Source: Pelagomonas calceolata (taxonomy: Eukaryota). From it: DNA of 64,000 bases. The translations under genes and the position numbers were made by a program. Location: positions 1,178,001 to 1,242,000 of the forward strand of contig CAKKNE010000004.1 of the NCBI GenBank assembly GCA_918797485.1, written 5' to 3'. Under the pieces are notes generated by a model, which was not told the DNA's origin, searched no databases, and was given only the letters and a program-made list of their open reading frames with translations. This document shows, piece after piece, positions 10,946-21,775 of this stretch (positions are counted from its first letter, which is position 1; the number at the start of each line of letters is the position of its first letter).

Positions 10946-11389
10946 ATGCGACGCCTGGTCCTCGCGGCAGCCTGCGCCGCGCTGGCGGCCGCCTTCGCGC
11001 CTCCACAACCCGTTTCCAGGATAACACGTTTACATGACACGGACGACGAGGACGCGGCCGACCTAGCATTTTTAGGAAGAGCGATGAAGGCGAAGAGCGA
11101 AAAGGACGCCGCGCCCCTCGGAGGCTTCGACCCGCTCGGCGCCCTTAAAAAATTCGGGAAGGGCCTCGACGACTTCGTGGACGACGCCATGGACCGCAAG
11201 CTCGGCAACGGCGCGGAGTTTTATGGGAAGCGCAAGTCGAACTTCTACGGGGCCGACGACCCGATGAAGAGCGACGGGCGCGGCGGGGACCAGTACAAAG
11301 GACCGGTCGGCGGCGGCTACTTCAAGCGCGACGCCGAGGGCCGGCCCGTCACGCGCAAGGGCACGCCGATCGGGTGGGATAAGGAATGA
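10946..11389 (+). CDS. Plastid-targeted hypothetical protein
   Basis: Signal peptide followed by an AAA-FAP (ASAFAP-type) motif; strong GC3 codon bias. Confidence 0.75.
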   Translation: MRRLVLAAACAALAAAFAPPQPVSRITRLHDTDDEDAADLAFLGRAMKAKSEKDAAPLGGFDPLGALKKFGKGLDDFVDDAMDRKLGNGAEFYGKRKSNFYGADDPMKSDGRGGDQYKGPVGGGYFKRDAEGRPVTRKGTPIGWDKE

Positions 11390-11529
11390 CTCGTCTGTGT
11401 TTAACCCTCCCGCGCCGCCGCAAACTTGGCCGCGGCCGCGCCCTTGCCGCCGGTCACGAGCGCGCCGGCGTGGCCCACGCGGCGGTCCGGCGGCGCCTCG
11501 TGCCGGCAACCCGGAGAGGTTTGCTCGCC

Positions 11530-11612
11530 GAGAGAGAGAGAGAGCCACTTATTGAACCCACCCCCAGCCGCGAGAGAGAGAGAGCCACTTATTGAACCCA
11601 CCCCCAGGTAGT
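11530..11612 (-). repeat. Two tandem copies of a (GA)n-CCACTTATTGAACCCACCCCCAG repeat
   Basis: Copies at 11530-11567 and 11572-11612; inverted third copy at 28239-28282. Confidence 0.9.
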
Positions 11613-11642
11613 ACGGACCCCGAACGCTTCGCCACTGTGTCT

Positions 11643-12225
11643 ATTGGGATTGGCGATAGGGTGTTGTTTCACCCTGCCCCCCGAGAACCCAGACACGAAT
11701 GGTGTGAGGTTTCGCTCCGAACAGAGGCCGGCCGGTCGCAAGCGACGTGCCTTGGCCTGTTCGATGGGCTATCCGTCCGCCCGGTCCAAGCTACTTTGCC
11801 GACACCACACAGCAGTTCCTGGACCCAAGCGCGCGGCCGGCGTGCAATGCCGACACGCCACAGGCCCGCGGGGAACTTTGTAGCGGCGACCGACGGGGTG
11901 AACGAATCGCGGACACCGTCGGGCACCGCGCCGGGAGCGCGCGCCGAACCGGTCAAGCCCTGTCCCGCTTTTACCCTCTCGGGTGGTCCCGCGCCATCAC
12001 GTGTCGGGGAGTTTGCAAGGAAGTTGCGGATGCACAGTCAGACTTTTCCGGCCCCGCCAAGGCAATTTTGTCTCTGAGGACCGGGCGCCTGGGCGGAGCA
12101 GGTAATCCTCTGACGCGCCGCGGCCCGATTTCCATCTCCGTGTCGGCGGCCCCGACGTGCAATGGAAGTGGAATTCCAGTGGTCCGCTCCGATGATGCCC
12201 CGCGCATCAACGGTTCAGAACGCAC
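11643..12225 (-). ncRNA. Group II intron-like structured RNA, ORF-less, 583 nt
   Basis: Starts GUGCG and ends CCAAUCCCAAU. D6-like stem with bulged A at -8; D5-like 33-nt GAGC...GUUC hairpin; D3-like GAAC/AAGUAG internal loop; EBS1-like GACCG complementary to exon CGGUC. Hand-folded only. Confidence 0.55.
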
Positions 12226-12779
12226 AAGACCGCAAGGGAACGACGGCCGACCAATCCTCCGCCGAGCCCTGGGCGGCCCCCAGGAGCTACGGAGGGACCT
12301 CAGGCGCGCCCGCCGCCGCGGCCGTTAACGTGGGCCAGCCGTCACGCGCCTTTGTTATAGCGGGTTGCGTCCGCTTTGTTTTGCTGGTACGGGAGTACCG
12401 CTTTTGTTTTTCAAATTTGGCGGTTCTCGTGCTTGTGGCCGCGCGCGTCAAAATGGGCAGCGTTTTTTGGGCGCGCCGCGTGCCGTAGTGTGTATAGAGG
12501 CTGCAGGCAGTGTGCGGTGTGTGTGGGGCGCGCGCGCGGACGCTGGTACTTTGTCGAGGCTATCCGCTGGCTAGCACCCGTAAGACACTAGCGAGCACAG
12601 CCGGCCAAGCAGCGGACCTGTGCCATAACTCTCATATTTCTCTGCGTTACGCATAACTACTACATAAATAATAAGTAATCAGCGAACCCGAAACTTGTAG
12701 CGAGTGGTGGATCACCAGGACGCGCACACTAACTGTTCAGCACACCCTCTGCGCAGAGGCTCCAAAAAAGCTGCCACAA

Positions 12780-14432
12780 ATGCTGCGCCGCGCGCTGCTC
12801 GCCGCCGCCGCGGCAACAGCAACACAAACGACGCCGACGCCGGACATTATTGACTTAGACGCCAACATCACAAACACGCTAGCAACCCATGAGGTCGCCG
12901 TCGTCAACTTCTACGCGCCCTGGTGCGCGCACTGCATCCGATTTGAAGGAGAGTACGCATTAGCCGCGTCCAAAGTACCACTAGTGACATGGGCGAGGCT
13001 CGATTGTGCCCTACACAGAGAAACATCAGAAGCTCATAACGTCGAGGGCTACCCCCACGTCAAGTTGTATCGTCATGGGCGTTTCGCGATGGACTACGAG
13101 GGCCCGAACGAGGCCCACCAGCTCGCGCGGTGGGTTCAAAGGCGCTCCACGCCACACGTTGATGAGTTGAAGGATTGGTCTGACGCACGACCGTTCCTCG
13201 CGTCGCTGTTTGGTGACGACAACAGCAAGGGCGTGCGCGGGTTGGTTGTGGGCGTCTTCGCGTCGAATGCCTCAGAAACAGCTCAGACCTTCGCACGCGT
13301 CGCGAGTGGCGACGACGGCGACGATCTGAGTTTTGCGCTCACAACAAAACCCGAGCTCGTGGCGCAAGCCCTGCGCGAGCGGGACCACACCATCGCTCTA
13401 GACATGAACGAGGACCGCGTCCACGTTTTGTCATCTACGGGCGATGACGTCAAGACTATGACAGTGGACTCGTCAACGACTCCTAGAACGATCGCCGCCT
13501 TCGTCAACAGTGCGCTCGAGCCGGCCGTGACGCGCTTCGACTCGTCGACGGCGGCGCATTTGTTTCATGGTATGCGCGGGCCGCGCGTCCATTCATTACT
13601 ATTCGTCGACGAGGCCTCGAAGAAAGGTGAAGGCGTCGCGGACGCGTTCGCGGCCTTGGCAGCGGACGAACGCTTGAAAGTGAGGCACGTCATTGTTCCA
13701 TCCTCGGAGGCTCGCGTGCTGAAGCATTTCGACCTGAACTCGGGCTTCGACCTGCCGACGGTCGTCCTGTGCGACCTGCGCGGTCTAGCTCCCTCGGTCG
13801 GCGACGACGAAGTCGTGCTCGACGATTCTAGAGATGCCCATGTCCATGCGAAGAAGGCCTTCGCTTACAGATTGCGGGACTGGCACGCGTCAAATAGAGT
13901 GGATCGGGCCACGCTCCAGTCCTTTTACGCCGCGTTCTTCGATGGCAACCTTACGACGCCGTTCCTTCGGTCACAACCCATCGTCGGGTCCTTGGACGAC
14001 GCACCAATGAGAGCGCGAGAAGCATCTGAAGAAGGTCGCGTCGTCACGCTCGTGGGCAAGACCTGGGACGTCGTCGTCGGGGCGGCGCGGAGGGACGACG
14101 ACGACGACCGCGATTTTCTCGTGCTCTTCCACGCGCCCTGGTGCGGCCACTGTATTCAATTAATGCCCGTCTGGGCCCAGCTCGCCGAGCTGTATCGGCG
14201 CGTGCATTCCATTGTGGTGGCGTCGGTGGACGCGACGCAGAACGAGGTTGCTTCTGTGGACATCGACCAGTTCCCGTCCATTTATCTGTTTGACGCTCGA
14301 GGAAGTCCACCGGTATTATATGAGGGCGCGCTCGACCTGGACGCTCTTTCCCGGTTCCTGAAGGCCAGAGGGACGCGGGCCTTCGACGTGGACGGGCTCC
14401 GGGGCGGCGGCGAGCTGCGGGACGAGCTCTAA
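12780..14432 (+). CDS. PDI: Protein disulfide isomerase-like
   Basis: Signal peptide, FYAPWCAHC and FHAPWCGHC thioredoxin sites, C-terminal RDEL. Confidence 0.92.
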   Translation: MLRRALLAAAAATATQTTPTPDIIDLDANITNTLATHEVAVVNFYAPWCAHCIRFEGEYALAASKVPLVTWARLDCALHRETSEAHNVEGYPHVKLYRHGRFAMDYEGPNEAHQLARWVQRRSTPHVDELKDWSDARPFLASLFGDDNSKGVRGLVVGVFASNASETAQTFARVASGDDGDDLSFALTTKPELVAQALRERDHTIALDMNEDRVHVLSSTGDDVKTMTVDSSTTPRTIAAFVNSALEPAVTRFDSSTAAHLFHGMRGPRVHSLLFVDEASKKGEGVADAFAALAADERLKVRHVIVPSSEARVLKHFDLNSGFDLPTVVLCDLRGLAPSVGDDEVVLDDSRDAHVHAKKAFAYRLRDWHASNRVDRATLQSFYAAFFDGNLTTPFLRSQPIVGSLDDAPMRAREASEEGRVVTLVGKTWDVVVGAARRDDDDDRDFLVLFHAPWCGHCIQLMPVWAQLAELYRRVHSIVVASVDATQNEVASVDIDQFPSIYLFDARGSPPVLYEGALDLDALSRFLKARGTRAFDVDGLRGGGELRDEL

Positions 14433-14639
14433 ATTTTGGGGTTTGTGTCGTCTCCTACTAGAAGTAGAAACGACGGCGCGCGGCGCGTCCGAATCTAAGT
14501 GGCGTAGCATATCGACGACGTCGCCGAGGCAATCGGCGCAGACTCGAACGGAGCTCCGACCGCCGGGCACAAAGGAAATCCCGCGTGGGCTAGCGGCCTG
14601 TAAGACACTCCGCGCTCGGAGGGCGGGAAAAGAATTCTA

Positions 14640-14780
14640 CTAGACAACTCCCGAGTTTATGTTCGTTTCCTTCCGTTTGTTGGTGGTAGAGTCCATCTAG
14701 GCCGCCAGGACGCCGACGAGGCACATTAGGTGCTTCGTTAAAAGCCTCGCGATTCAGGGAATCCGCGACCTCACTTTTTT
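14640..14780 (+). ncRNA. Candidate ~140-nt small structured RNA
   Basis: Begins ~30 bp after a promoter-motif copy. Hairpins acgaggcac/gtgcttcgt and tcgcgattc/gaatccgcga, then T6. Family not recognised. Confidence 0.3.
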
Positions 14781-15303
14781 ACGAAAACGACAAGAATTCC
14801 TAAACCTGCGAGTGTCAGCGACGCCACTACCCAAATGGACCATAACGCCATTGTTCTATTCACGATCGACCCACTTGCCCGTTCTCCGCGGACGACGGTG
14901 CGGAGACGGAGCACCAGAAAGGCCCCAGACCCGTGAGTTGTGAAATAAATTTGCGTTTCAGGCGCTTGGGTTACGGGATGGGCCAGATAACCGGCCTGAA
15001 CATGTACTACATTGGATTTCTTGATCCGAAGGCTCGGCCGGGCAACGCCAACTCCCGAGCCCACATCTTCTTAATTTGGGCACCACATCTGGACCTGCGA
15101 CCATCAGCCCGTGTACCATCACCATGGACCATGACGCGATCATTTGTTCCATGATCGACCGACTTGCGCGAGGTCCAGATCAAGATGTTCACGTCCCGAG
15201 CGTGGGCAGCCAAAAGTACCCTTCTTATAATGTAGATGTCATATACTTGTAATTGACTATCGCTGGGGTAGTATGGGATCCAACGAGACCGCTACGGCGA
15301 CTA

Positions 15304-15710
15304 CTGGGGGGCCTCGGGTAATTGACGTTTTTGACGGGAACGGGGCGCCATCGGGTCCAAATTATTTACTTTTTTCGGATGCAGGTCGGCTCCTGGAGGT
15401 CTCTCGGGGTAGGTCTGGGGTCGGGTAGTCGCCTGGACCGCATACGCCGGCGCTTGGGGCCCCCGATAGTTCTGGAACCAATTGCCAAGCTATTCATGGT
15501 TTTGTGGCGTGCAATGAAGAGAGAATTGGTCGATTATGCCCCGAACCCGGGCGCATGCGGCGTAGCCGATTGAGCACATCTACTAACATCCCTATGCGAT
15601 CCCGGGGAGACCTCGGGACCACGGATTGACAGGATTCCACAGGCGCGGCCGCCATGGACCATGGGTGGCGCCGTCGCCGCGACTTAAACAAAACGGTTTT
15701 GGACCCCCAG
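15304..15710. mobile_element. Possible TA-flanked MITE
   Basis: TA|ctggggggcc ... ggacccccag|TA (9/10 inverted match), no credible ORF. TIR is short. Confidence 0.3.
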
Positions 15711-16050
15711 TACGTGTCCTATTGATCTCTTTGGACCATTAGCTAACTGAACGATACTCAAACAACTGCATGCGCGTTCCGAGTTGTGCTTGCTAGTGTC
15801 TTTACAAGCCGCTAGCTTTCACCGCGCCCAGCTCTTTTGCGCCTTGGATTGCTCGAATCCGTGCCACTTCGGCACGAGCGCTGGTGAAACGCACCCTCCG
15901 CAAACTCTAGAAGCCGCACCGAGCCGCGGCATCGCTGATTTGACCGCTGCGCGCCGAGCTCAGCCGTGCCATTCAAATTAGCAGTTTCAAATTACCGCGC
16001 ACGATACCACAACGCCGGCCACCTGTATTGCGCACGACGCCGCACCAAAA

Positions 16051-16722
16051 ATGGGCAAGCAGTCCAAGTCAAACGCCAAGAAGGAGCAGCGCAAACTCAC
16101 CCAAAGGCGCCGCGCGGCGCTCGAGGAGCGCCTGCGCGCGCCGCGGGCGCTGCAGGACTGCGGCGCCGGCTTCCTCCAGCCCGCGCTGCTGCGCGTCGGC
16201 GACCTGGAGATCAGCTTTGAACGGACCCTGTCGAAGCCGGACCTCGCGGCCTGTTTTGATATCCTGGAAGATAACATGAAGGAGCAGTACGAGGTGAACC
16301 CGTGGGGCTGGGATCCCAAAATGAAGCGGGCCGAGCTCGCCAACGACGAGGCGCGCTTCGTGTTGGTCCGGGATAATGATAGGGTGGTCGCGTTCGCGCA
16401 CTTCCGGTTCGAATTAGACGACGACGACGCGCCCGAGCGCGCGGTGCTCTACGTGCGGGAGCTGCAGGTCGCGGAGGCGCGTCGGGGATCTGGTATCGGG
16501 CGGCGCGTCATGGGCCTGCTCCAGCTCGTCGGGGCCAAACTCGAGCTCGACTGCGTGCTCCTGACGGTCTTCGAGTCCAACAAGGGCGCGTTGGCCTTCT
16601 ACGAGGCGAAGCTCAAGTACGGTCTCGATAGGGACGACCCGTCGCTCTTCGGGCGGGAGGAGTGCTACCGGCTCCTTTCCAAATCTCTGCCCAAACCCAA
16701 ACCCCTCGGGGAGGCCAACTAA
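16051..16722 (+). CDS. NAA40: N-alpha-acetyltransferase 40 (NatD), GNAT
   Basis: NMKEQYE...WGWDPKMKRAEL, AFAHFRF, VLYVRELQV, RGSGIG and LTVFESN..ALAFY motifs. Confidence 0.88.
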   Translation: MGKQSKSNAKKEQRKLTQRRRAALEERLRAPRALQDCGAGFLQPALLRVGDLEISFERTLSKPDLAACFDILEDNMKEQYEVNPWGWDPKMKRAELANDEARFVLVRDNDRVVAFAHFRFELDDDDAPERAVLYVRELQVAEARRGSGIGRRVMGLLQLVGAKLELDCVLLTVFESNKGALAFYEAKLKYGLDRDDPSLFGREECYRLLSKSLPKPKPLGEAN

Positions 16723-16746
16723 TTTAACACTCGGGGCGACGGCGTA

Positions 16747-17152
16747 CTAGGGTGCGATTTACGTGGAAAAAACGCGTAAGTTACACGTAAAGCACCGCTA
16801 CAGGAGATCCCACGTAAAAAACGGCGTAAAAAAGGAGGTATCCAAAAGTCCTTCCAGGGCTCTTCCCGAAGCCGGCGCTAGCGGCCCTCTAAGACTCTAG
16901 CTCGCGATCAGCAGCTCGCAGAGTGTGGCTGCCCCTAACGTTGTCAGAGCCGAGCCAATTGCTAGTTGCATGCTGTTGCGAGCAAGGTGTGCACTCTAGC
17001 CTAGTAGGTGTGCGCTTATGCGCCGTGCTCGTGCTTTAGGCGCTCTGGCGCGTGTGTGCGGGTTTTATAAATAAATGCACGCGTAAATTACGGCGTAAAT
17101 GACGCTGGACCGTTTCTCACGTAAAGAACGCCGTGCGTAAATCGCACCCTAG
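16747..17152. mobile_element. MITE, 406 bp (hAT- or MULE-like)
   Basis: Perfect 17-bp TIR ctagggtgcgatttacg. TSD acggcgta at 16739-16746 and 17153-17160 (or 10 bp gacggcgtac if the ends are TAGGG). Subterminal cgtaaa repeats. Confidence 0.92.
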
Positions 17153-17484
17153 ACGGCGTACGAGGGCGGGGGCGGGGCGGGCGTTCGGTCACGCAGCCCC
17201 GCGGCGGTCGTGGGACTCGTGGCGGCTAGGCGCCTAGCTCTGAGCAAAGCAATTTAAACAATGGCGCACGACGCCGGGGGCTCCTCGCGTAGGACCTGCT
17301 CCTTCGAGTGCAGCGCCGCGTCCGGCGACCGGTACCGCTCGTGGATCGCGTCGATCGCGTCCAGCAGCTCCCGGGGCAGCGCCTCGAGCTTGAACGCCCT
17401 GATCGCTTCCTCGCACTGCTGGACCGTCGTCGTGCCCGTGACGACGACGGCGTTGTAGGGGCGGTCGCGGCACCAGGCCAGCGC

Positions 17485-20400
17485 AAGAGAGGGGAGGCCC
17501 GGTCGTATCTCCGCGTCCCGGCGTGTGGAGGCGGTTTCACTTCATGCAAACGCGTCGTTTCCAGGAATGATGGACGTGGGTGGTTTCTTTTTTGATTTCG
17601 GGCGCGTTTTGACTTGTCGGAGACGTTTTCTCGAAGCTACTGGTGAAACGTCGAGAACGGCGCCCGAGCGCGGCCGCTGCGGCGCGCGGCGCCGCGGCGG
17701 ACGCCAGCCGACGCCTGCACGCCGTCGCCGCGCTCCAGGACGCCTAGGGCAGCCGCGCGGGCCTCGAGCGGTGCCGAGGCGGCCGCGGACAGGAGCGGTC
17801 GGCGTCGTGGCGGTGCGCAGCGCTCGGATGCCGTCGCGCGGCAGTGAACGGTCCACCCCTACGCCATCGGCGCGACGCGTGCGACGTAGCACCACGCCCC
17901 AGGCTGTGCTGCTGCAGAGGCATGCAGTCCCGTGCGGCGCTACTGGTCAAACAGAGCGGTCGCTGGCATCGATGCGACGTCCTGCCCGCACCGCTTCGGT
18001 TGAGTGGTGATCGATGCGGCTCGGCTGGCTCGATTGCTCTCTGCTGCTGTCTGCCTCAAATGTTGATGCGAGAGCCGCAACATTTCGTTTCTCTCGATTC
18101 AGTCTAAAACTCGACCAACGCACGCGGCATGGGCCGCATCGATGCGCGCTGAGTCTAAAACGCGCCGCCGTCGCGCGGAGCCTCAGTTGCACACCACTCT
18201 TGGCTGGCACTGCTGCAGCCCTGAGCGCCGCGGGCCTGCGGGGACACAAGTGACGCGCGCGGTCGAGAAATGTTCGCAGCGCAGCCTATCGCTGAACGTC
18301 TGCGCGGGCGGACATCTTTGGCCGCCGCGGGGGGCGCGGCGCGTCGTCCACGCGCCAAGAGTCAGGCGACCCTCGCCGTTGAAAGCTCTGGAGGCCGCGC
18401 AAGGCTAGACGAGTGGTGGCGGTGCGGTAAAATGCCATTGGGAGCTAGTCATGGTCGCGACGCGGCTCGGTCGGCGCGCTCTGACGAGACGCGAGCGCGT
18501 CGAGGGGCATCGAGAACGTTGGGAGGATATGGCAGCACGGCGAGCTCTGATTGTGGCCCGACACCGTCCGGAGACGATCGGTCGGACATCTCGGACGCAT
18601 GGGACCTGTGGGACCACCACATCCAGTCGAGTTGACGAGTTGACGAGACCATCATCGTCTCCCCTCGGATTTGGCGTGCGCTGTGGTTCAGATAGATTGA
18701 GATGATGCCGCAGAACCACTGTGCGCTGAATTGACGGTGATCTTTATATTGGCCGTTGTAGACATGCAACGCCGCGAAGGGGGTGTGCGGTGGACGCTGG
18801 TGCGAGTGCGGGCCTATAGGAGGCGTCTCATGTCGGTGAGGGTTGTGGTTGGTCTTCTGGTCTCGAGACGCCGCGTCGGGGCCTTGGGCGACTCGACCGT
18901 CGGACTCGTGTCTCGGGTGCCTAGCAGGATGTGTTGGGTGGGGTGTTGTGTTGCGGCATTTTGTTTCTGGGACACCTCGGTGCCGGAAGCGCATCGTGGC
19001 CAAGGGTTTCGGCGCCGTCGAGGCGCGGTCTTGCTGGCGTCGGGGACGCCGCGGGCTTCTGTTACATTTGTTGGGGAACGACGGCGGTCAGCGGCGGGCG
19101 CGAGGCATGATTTCTCGCGAGCGGTCCGTCGTGTTGCGCGGCGCGACGTCGTCGACGCGTTTTGTGGCGAGGGGTGGTGATGCGGCGGGCGGGGAGGTGT
19201 GATTCCATCGCGTCGAGGCCGGCGCGACGCTTCGCTGACGACGACAGGTCTGATTTAGTTGTTGTAACGTGTTTTTGCTTGGTCTCGGAGTGCGTGAGCG
19301 GGGTCTCGGAGTGCATGAAAGCATGAAGGGGGGCGGCCCGGGGGACGCGTGCCCAGAGGGCGGGCTCAGACGTCCCGGGGGCACAGACAGCGCTGTTTCA
19401 GAGCCGTGCGGAGCCGCGCGAAAATCACGAGCGCGCGCGCCCAAGGGCCTCTTTTAAGCGTTTGCTCGAGAGCAAAAAGAGGAGAACAAACGCCATCACA
19501 ACGTGCCGGCAGTGCTGCAATGAGCGAGACGGCCTCCATCACACGGGTGCTCACACGTGCGCACGATCGCGGACAGCTCAAGCGGCTCGCGACCTGGTCG
19601 CCCGGGCGGAGGCGCGCAAGGCGCCGGCCGCGCAGACGGAGGCGCTCGCGATCTTCCTCGCGGCCGAGCCGACCGACGGCGCGGCGCCCGCGGCGCCCAA
19701 GAAGCCGCTCGCGCTGAAGCCGCTCCTGACGCCCAAGTCCAAGAAAGCAGCGACGAAGGCGATGCCCAAGTTCAAGGCCAAGGCCGAGGCGGCCGAGCAC
19801 GACGCGGTCGACTGGAAGGTCGGGGCGCGGGAGGGTGGCCGCGGTACCCAGGCCTGCTACTTCTCACCCGGTGGCCGCATGTACATTTCCGTACCCGACG
19901 CCCTAACGCGCATGGACGAGGGCCCGAGGCTGCCCACGCGCGCCGAGCAGATCATGCACTGTTACCCCCACATCGTCCTCTTACTACCCCGCGTGTCGTT
20001 CCTCTCTCCCCAGCGCTCATAAGGAGTTCGCAGTCGACACAACAGCAATGATTAGCAAAGACTACTCGTCCGGGCCGCCGCCTTCGCTGGCGTAGGACCT
20101 CGCCGCGAGGCGTACGCGTAGGCCTCGCCGCTGCCGACGGCTGAAGCAAGTACATCTTTCAGAATTCACGAGAGACGACGATAATTCCCGCGCCGTTCGT
20201 TTGAGAACCAGAGCGCTCGTCGGATGTGCGGCTTATAATGCCTCGGACCAGATGCTCCCCACAACGCGCATCCGATAGTAGACGAGTCCCGCCAGGCATC
20301 TATATCTGCTACAACGCCTCCGCCCGCGTCGATGGCGTACAGAACGTCGCCCCGCCGCCGCGACTGGTACCGTAGCCTCCCACAAAACCTTGTCGTGTAA

Positions 20401-21141
20401 TGTTAAGCTGCACCCGCCAGAGGCGCGGCTCCAAGCACCCATCAATGGCCTCGTCCGCGTCGAAGGCGTCGGCGACGCCCCGCCGCGGCCTCGAGTCGTC
20501 GAGGGCGCCGTGCCACAAGCCGTGCGTATACGCCTCGTCCGCGCCTGGGACAGCTTGACGGCCGCGCAACAATTGCCGCGGCAGCACCTCTTCGATAGCT
20601 CGTCCGAGTGGAGTCGGGCTTCATACTCTTCGACCTCGGCCCGATCCCTATAAAAGTGATCGTTGTCATTCGATCCTGACAAAGCTACGCTCCACAGTCC
20701 ACGTCATGGACCGGCCGGCAGCACGCCAGGGCTCCAGACCACATCCAGGGCCGCCGCCGCGTCGGCGGGCGTGCCGGGCCTCGGTAGACACACCGCCGCA
20801 CCCGTTCCGGCGCCGTTCTCCACCGTAGACCGCCCGAAGGGCCCTCGCGGCCTCGTCGGCGCCGCAGACGGCCCCCGTGCACCCCTACAGACCTCCAGAG
20901 CATCCGAAAACACCGGCGCCGCATCGACGACGTCCAAGACATTCCCACAACCGCTTCCCACCGCGCCACGACCGCCGTTCGTCGCGACACCGACGCGACG
21001 CCCTCGCGAGACCAAATCGCGGCCGAATTCACTCCAAATCGCATAAAAAATCACCCAGCGCCATGATTCTAGGAAACGAGTCGCCTCGACGGCGTAACGG
21101 CGCCGGAACGCCGCGGGACGGCGAGATACGACGCGGCCTCA
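17485..21141. mobile_element. 3,657-bp insertion with 17-bp TSD and ~110-bp degenerate TIRs
   Basis: cggcaccaggccagcgc at 17468-17484 and 21142-21158. Left end gaggcccggtcgtatctc...tcgtttccaggaatgatgg matches the reverse complement of the right end gaggccgcgtcgtatctc...tcgtttcctagaatcatgg. No transposase recognised. Confidence 0.88.
19462..20022 (+). CDS. Element-borne ORF with Lys/Ala-rich tract and MBD-like domain (start uncertain)
   Basis: DWKVGAREGGRGTQACYFSPGGRMYISVPDAL resembles the MBD pattern W....R..G....YYxSPxGxxFRS. GC3 bias over ~19570-19960. Confidence 0.45.
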   Translation: MLESKKRRTNAITTCRQCCNERDGLHHTGAHTCARSRTAQAARDLVARAEARKAPAAQTEALAIFLAAEPTDGAAPAAPKKPLALKPLLTPKSKKAATKAMPKFKAKAEAAEHDAVDWKVGAREGGRGTQACYFSPGGRMYISVPDALTRMDEGPRLPTRAEQIMHCYPHIVLLLPRVSFLSPQRS

Positions 21142-21595
21142 CGGCACCAGGCCAGCGCGAGCTCGGCGGGCGCCAGGCCCCACGCCTCGGCGAGTTTGAT
21201 GTATTCCCGCGTCGCCGCCGCGCCGCGCGGCGAGCGGTACCGCGTCTGGAATTTGGGCTTGAAGTTGTGCCGCGCGAGCTCGAGGGGCCGGTCGCCGGCG
21301 TACTTTGCGTTCTGATACTTGCCCGTCAGCGCGCCGCCGCCGAGCGCGCCGTAGGGCATGCCCACGACGCCCAGGTGGTGGCACGCTTCCGCTGTTGAAG
21401 TTTCATACGTCCGGTTGTTGAAATTGAAGTCGTTCTGCACGCTCACCGGCCGGGGCACGCCCAACCGGTCGCACGCCAAACAGAACATCGTCAACCCATA
21501 CGCCGTCTCGTTCGACAGGCCCCAGTGTCGTATGAGCTTCGCGTCGAACAAGCCCTGGACCGCCCGGACTTGTGCCTCGAAGTCGGCCTCGGCAC

Positions 21596-21775
21596 CTGTG
21601 TAGAAATCAAAATTTTACGGCGCGTTCGTGCTGAATCATCGCGTCGTCCTCGACGCCATCGACGCGACCCCTGCTCGATGGCGTGGCGGTGTCGGTTCCT
21701 CACCGCTCGACGAAACCAGCGCGGCCACGTCATCGCCGAGAAGTGCACCCGACACACTGGTTGATTTCCACACAG
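21596..21775. mobile_element. Introner 3 (intron 21596-21783, minus strand, GT-AG)
   Basis: TIRs ctgtgtagaaatcaa / ttgatttccacacag. Perfect 8-bp TSD ctcggcac at 21588-21595 and 21776-21783. Confidence 0.93.

Noticed and set aside
12030..12055. RNase P/MRP RNA (GGAAAAGUCUG resembles CR-I)
   Set aside because: No CR-V partner at the 3' end; tctgac instead pairs locally with gtcaga.
11643..12330. Telomerase RNA or HDV-like ribozyme
   Set aside because: No telomeric template is visible, and the HDV pseudoknot could not be built around GGCGAA.
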